Shown: piece after piece, positions 62,972 through 64,000 of the stretch
Numbering within the stretch: position 1 is the stretch's first letter
How the letters are laid out: each line of letters starts with the position of its first letter
From: an uncultured bacterium
GTDB lineage: Bacteria > Verrucomicrobiota > Verrucomicrobiia > Limisphaerales > UBA8199
DNA: 64,000 nt
Assembly: GCA_963749495.1 (NCBI GenBank)
Contig: CAVVMW010000024.1
Coordinates: 1-64,000 of the forward strand
Reading direction: 5' to 3'
Program-made: the position numbers and the translations under genes
The notes under the pieces: generated by a model
What the model was told of the DNA's origin: nothing
What the model saw: only the letters and a program-made list of their open reading frames with translations
The model's database searches: none

Positions 62972-63029
62972 CTTGCGCCCCGGCCCGCAATCCCCTACAA
63001 GCAGCCTCGATCCGTGAACCGGACAAGCT

Positions 63030-64000
63030 ATGTATAAAATCATCGGTGGAGACCATAGGGAGTACGGACCGGCAACCGCCGAGGAGTTGCGCCGCTGGAT
63101 TGCCGAGGGCCGGCTCAGCGGCCAGAGCCTGGTCCAGGCTGAGGGCACGGGGCAATGGAAGCCGGTGTCGGCATACCCGGAGTTGGCCGACGCCCTTCGG
63201 GCGCAAGCCCGCTCTGCCCCGGAGGCGGGCGTGGCAGCGCCCGTGCCGGACGCCGCCGCCTGGTCGGCGGACCTGCGGGCGCGCCGCCCCGAGGTGCGAA
63301 TAGGGGAGTGCCTGGCGCTTTCCTGGGACCTGCTGCGCGACAACTTTGGCCTGCTCCTGGGCGCCACGTTCCTGGTCTGGTCTATCGAGACGCTCTGCCA
63401 GTATCGCTGGTCAACGGGGCTGTTCTATATGCTGCTGCAGGGGGTGTTATACGGCGGCCTCTCGATGGTTTTTCTCAACCGGATTCGGGGCGAACCGGCG
63501 GCCGTCACGGACGTTTTTGCGGGCTTCAGGGTGGCTTTTGGGCAATTGCTGCTGGTGGGCTTTATCAGCCACCTGTTGACCTTTCTGGCGGGCCTTTGCT
63601 TCCTGATCGTGCCTGGCATCTACCTGTTCGTGGCCTGGCTCTTCAGTGTGCCGCTGGTCATCGACAAGCGCCTGGAATTCTGGTCGGCCATGGAGACCAG
63701 CCGGCGGGTGGTCACGCGCGCCTGGTTCGAGGTCTTCGCCCTGTTCCTGATCGCCCTTCTGCCGACGCTGGCCATGGGCGTGTTCATCCAGGGCAAAGTG
63801 GCCGTGGCCATGCTGCCGATGCTGCACGGCGCCTTTCCCCCGGGCGCGCCTCCGGACTTCGGCCGTCTGAGCGAACTGCTCAACCAGGCCGGGCAAACCG
63901 CCCGCATCACGCCAATGCTCCAACTCGCCTCGAGGCTGGTCTTTCTGGTCAACCTGCCCTTCGCCCTGGGCGCCCTGTTGCACGCCTATGAAAATCTCTT
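63030..64000 (+). CDS. GYF_2 + multi-TM membrane protein (partial, runs off the window)
   Basis: Hand translation MYKIIGGDHREYGP..., IGECL..SW.L, IVPGIYL.V.W and FWSAMETS; absent from the ORF track because no stop codon lies in the window. Confidence 0.85.
   Translation, partial: MYKIIGGDHREYGPATAEELRRWIAEGRLSGQSLVQAEGTGQWKPVSAYPELADALRAQARSAPEAGVAAPVPDAAAWSADLRARRPEVRIGECLALSWDLLRDNFGLLLGATFLVWSIETLCQYRWSTGLFYMLLQGVLYGGLSMVFLNRIRGEPAAVTDVFAGFRVAFGQLLLVGFISHLLTFLAGLCFLIVPGIYLFVAWLFSVPLVIDKRLEFWSAMETSRRVVTRAWFEVFALFLIALLPTLAMGVFIQGKVAVAMLPMLHGAFPPGAPPDFGRLSELLNQAGQTARITPMLQLASRLVFLVNLPFALGALLHAYENL

Overview
GC-rich bacterial chromosomal window, most likely Verrucomicrobiota (Pedosphaerales-like). 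This is inferred from the gene families and the secreted-protein modules, not from a marker gene. Housekeeping genes include a UvrD/PcrA helicase, holA, metH, def, parB, a leuD-like gene, tsf and rpsB. They are interleaved with polysaccharide acetylation and glycoside-hydrolase genes, an amidohydrolase pair, a 1790-aa Ig/IPT surface protein and a lot of accessory DNA. The accessory DNA comprises: a complete IS66-type element (16-bp IRs, 8-bp TSD) carrying a DUF4338/DruA-like gene; a GxxExxY nuclease gene embedded in 9-nt-periodic inverted repeats, with gene-less relatives elsewhere in the window; a putative type II restriction-modification pair; a SWIM-SNF2 helicase with an MNT/HEPN-like tail; a GNAT two-gene cassette; an IS1-like remnant with passenger genes; and a ~9.2-kb island bounded by a 71-bp direct repeat (promoter plus first codons of a GYF_2 gene). 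That island carries a serine resolvase with a res-like site, gene fragments, a VapBC-type TA pair and a 118-bp MITE. Several conserved genes have 1-2 nt frameshifts, most in short homopolymers, which are probably sequencing errors. No rRNA, tRNA or CRISPR array was found. All family names come from motif recognition; no database searches were run.
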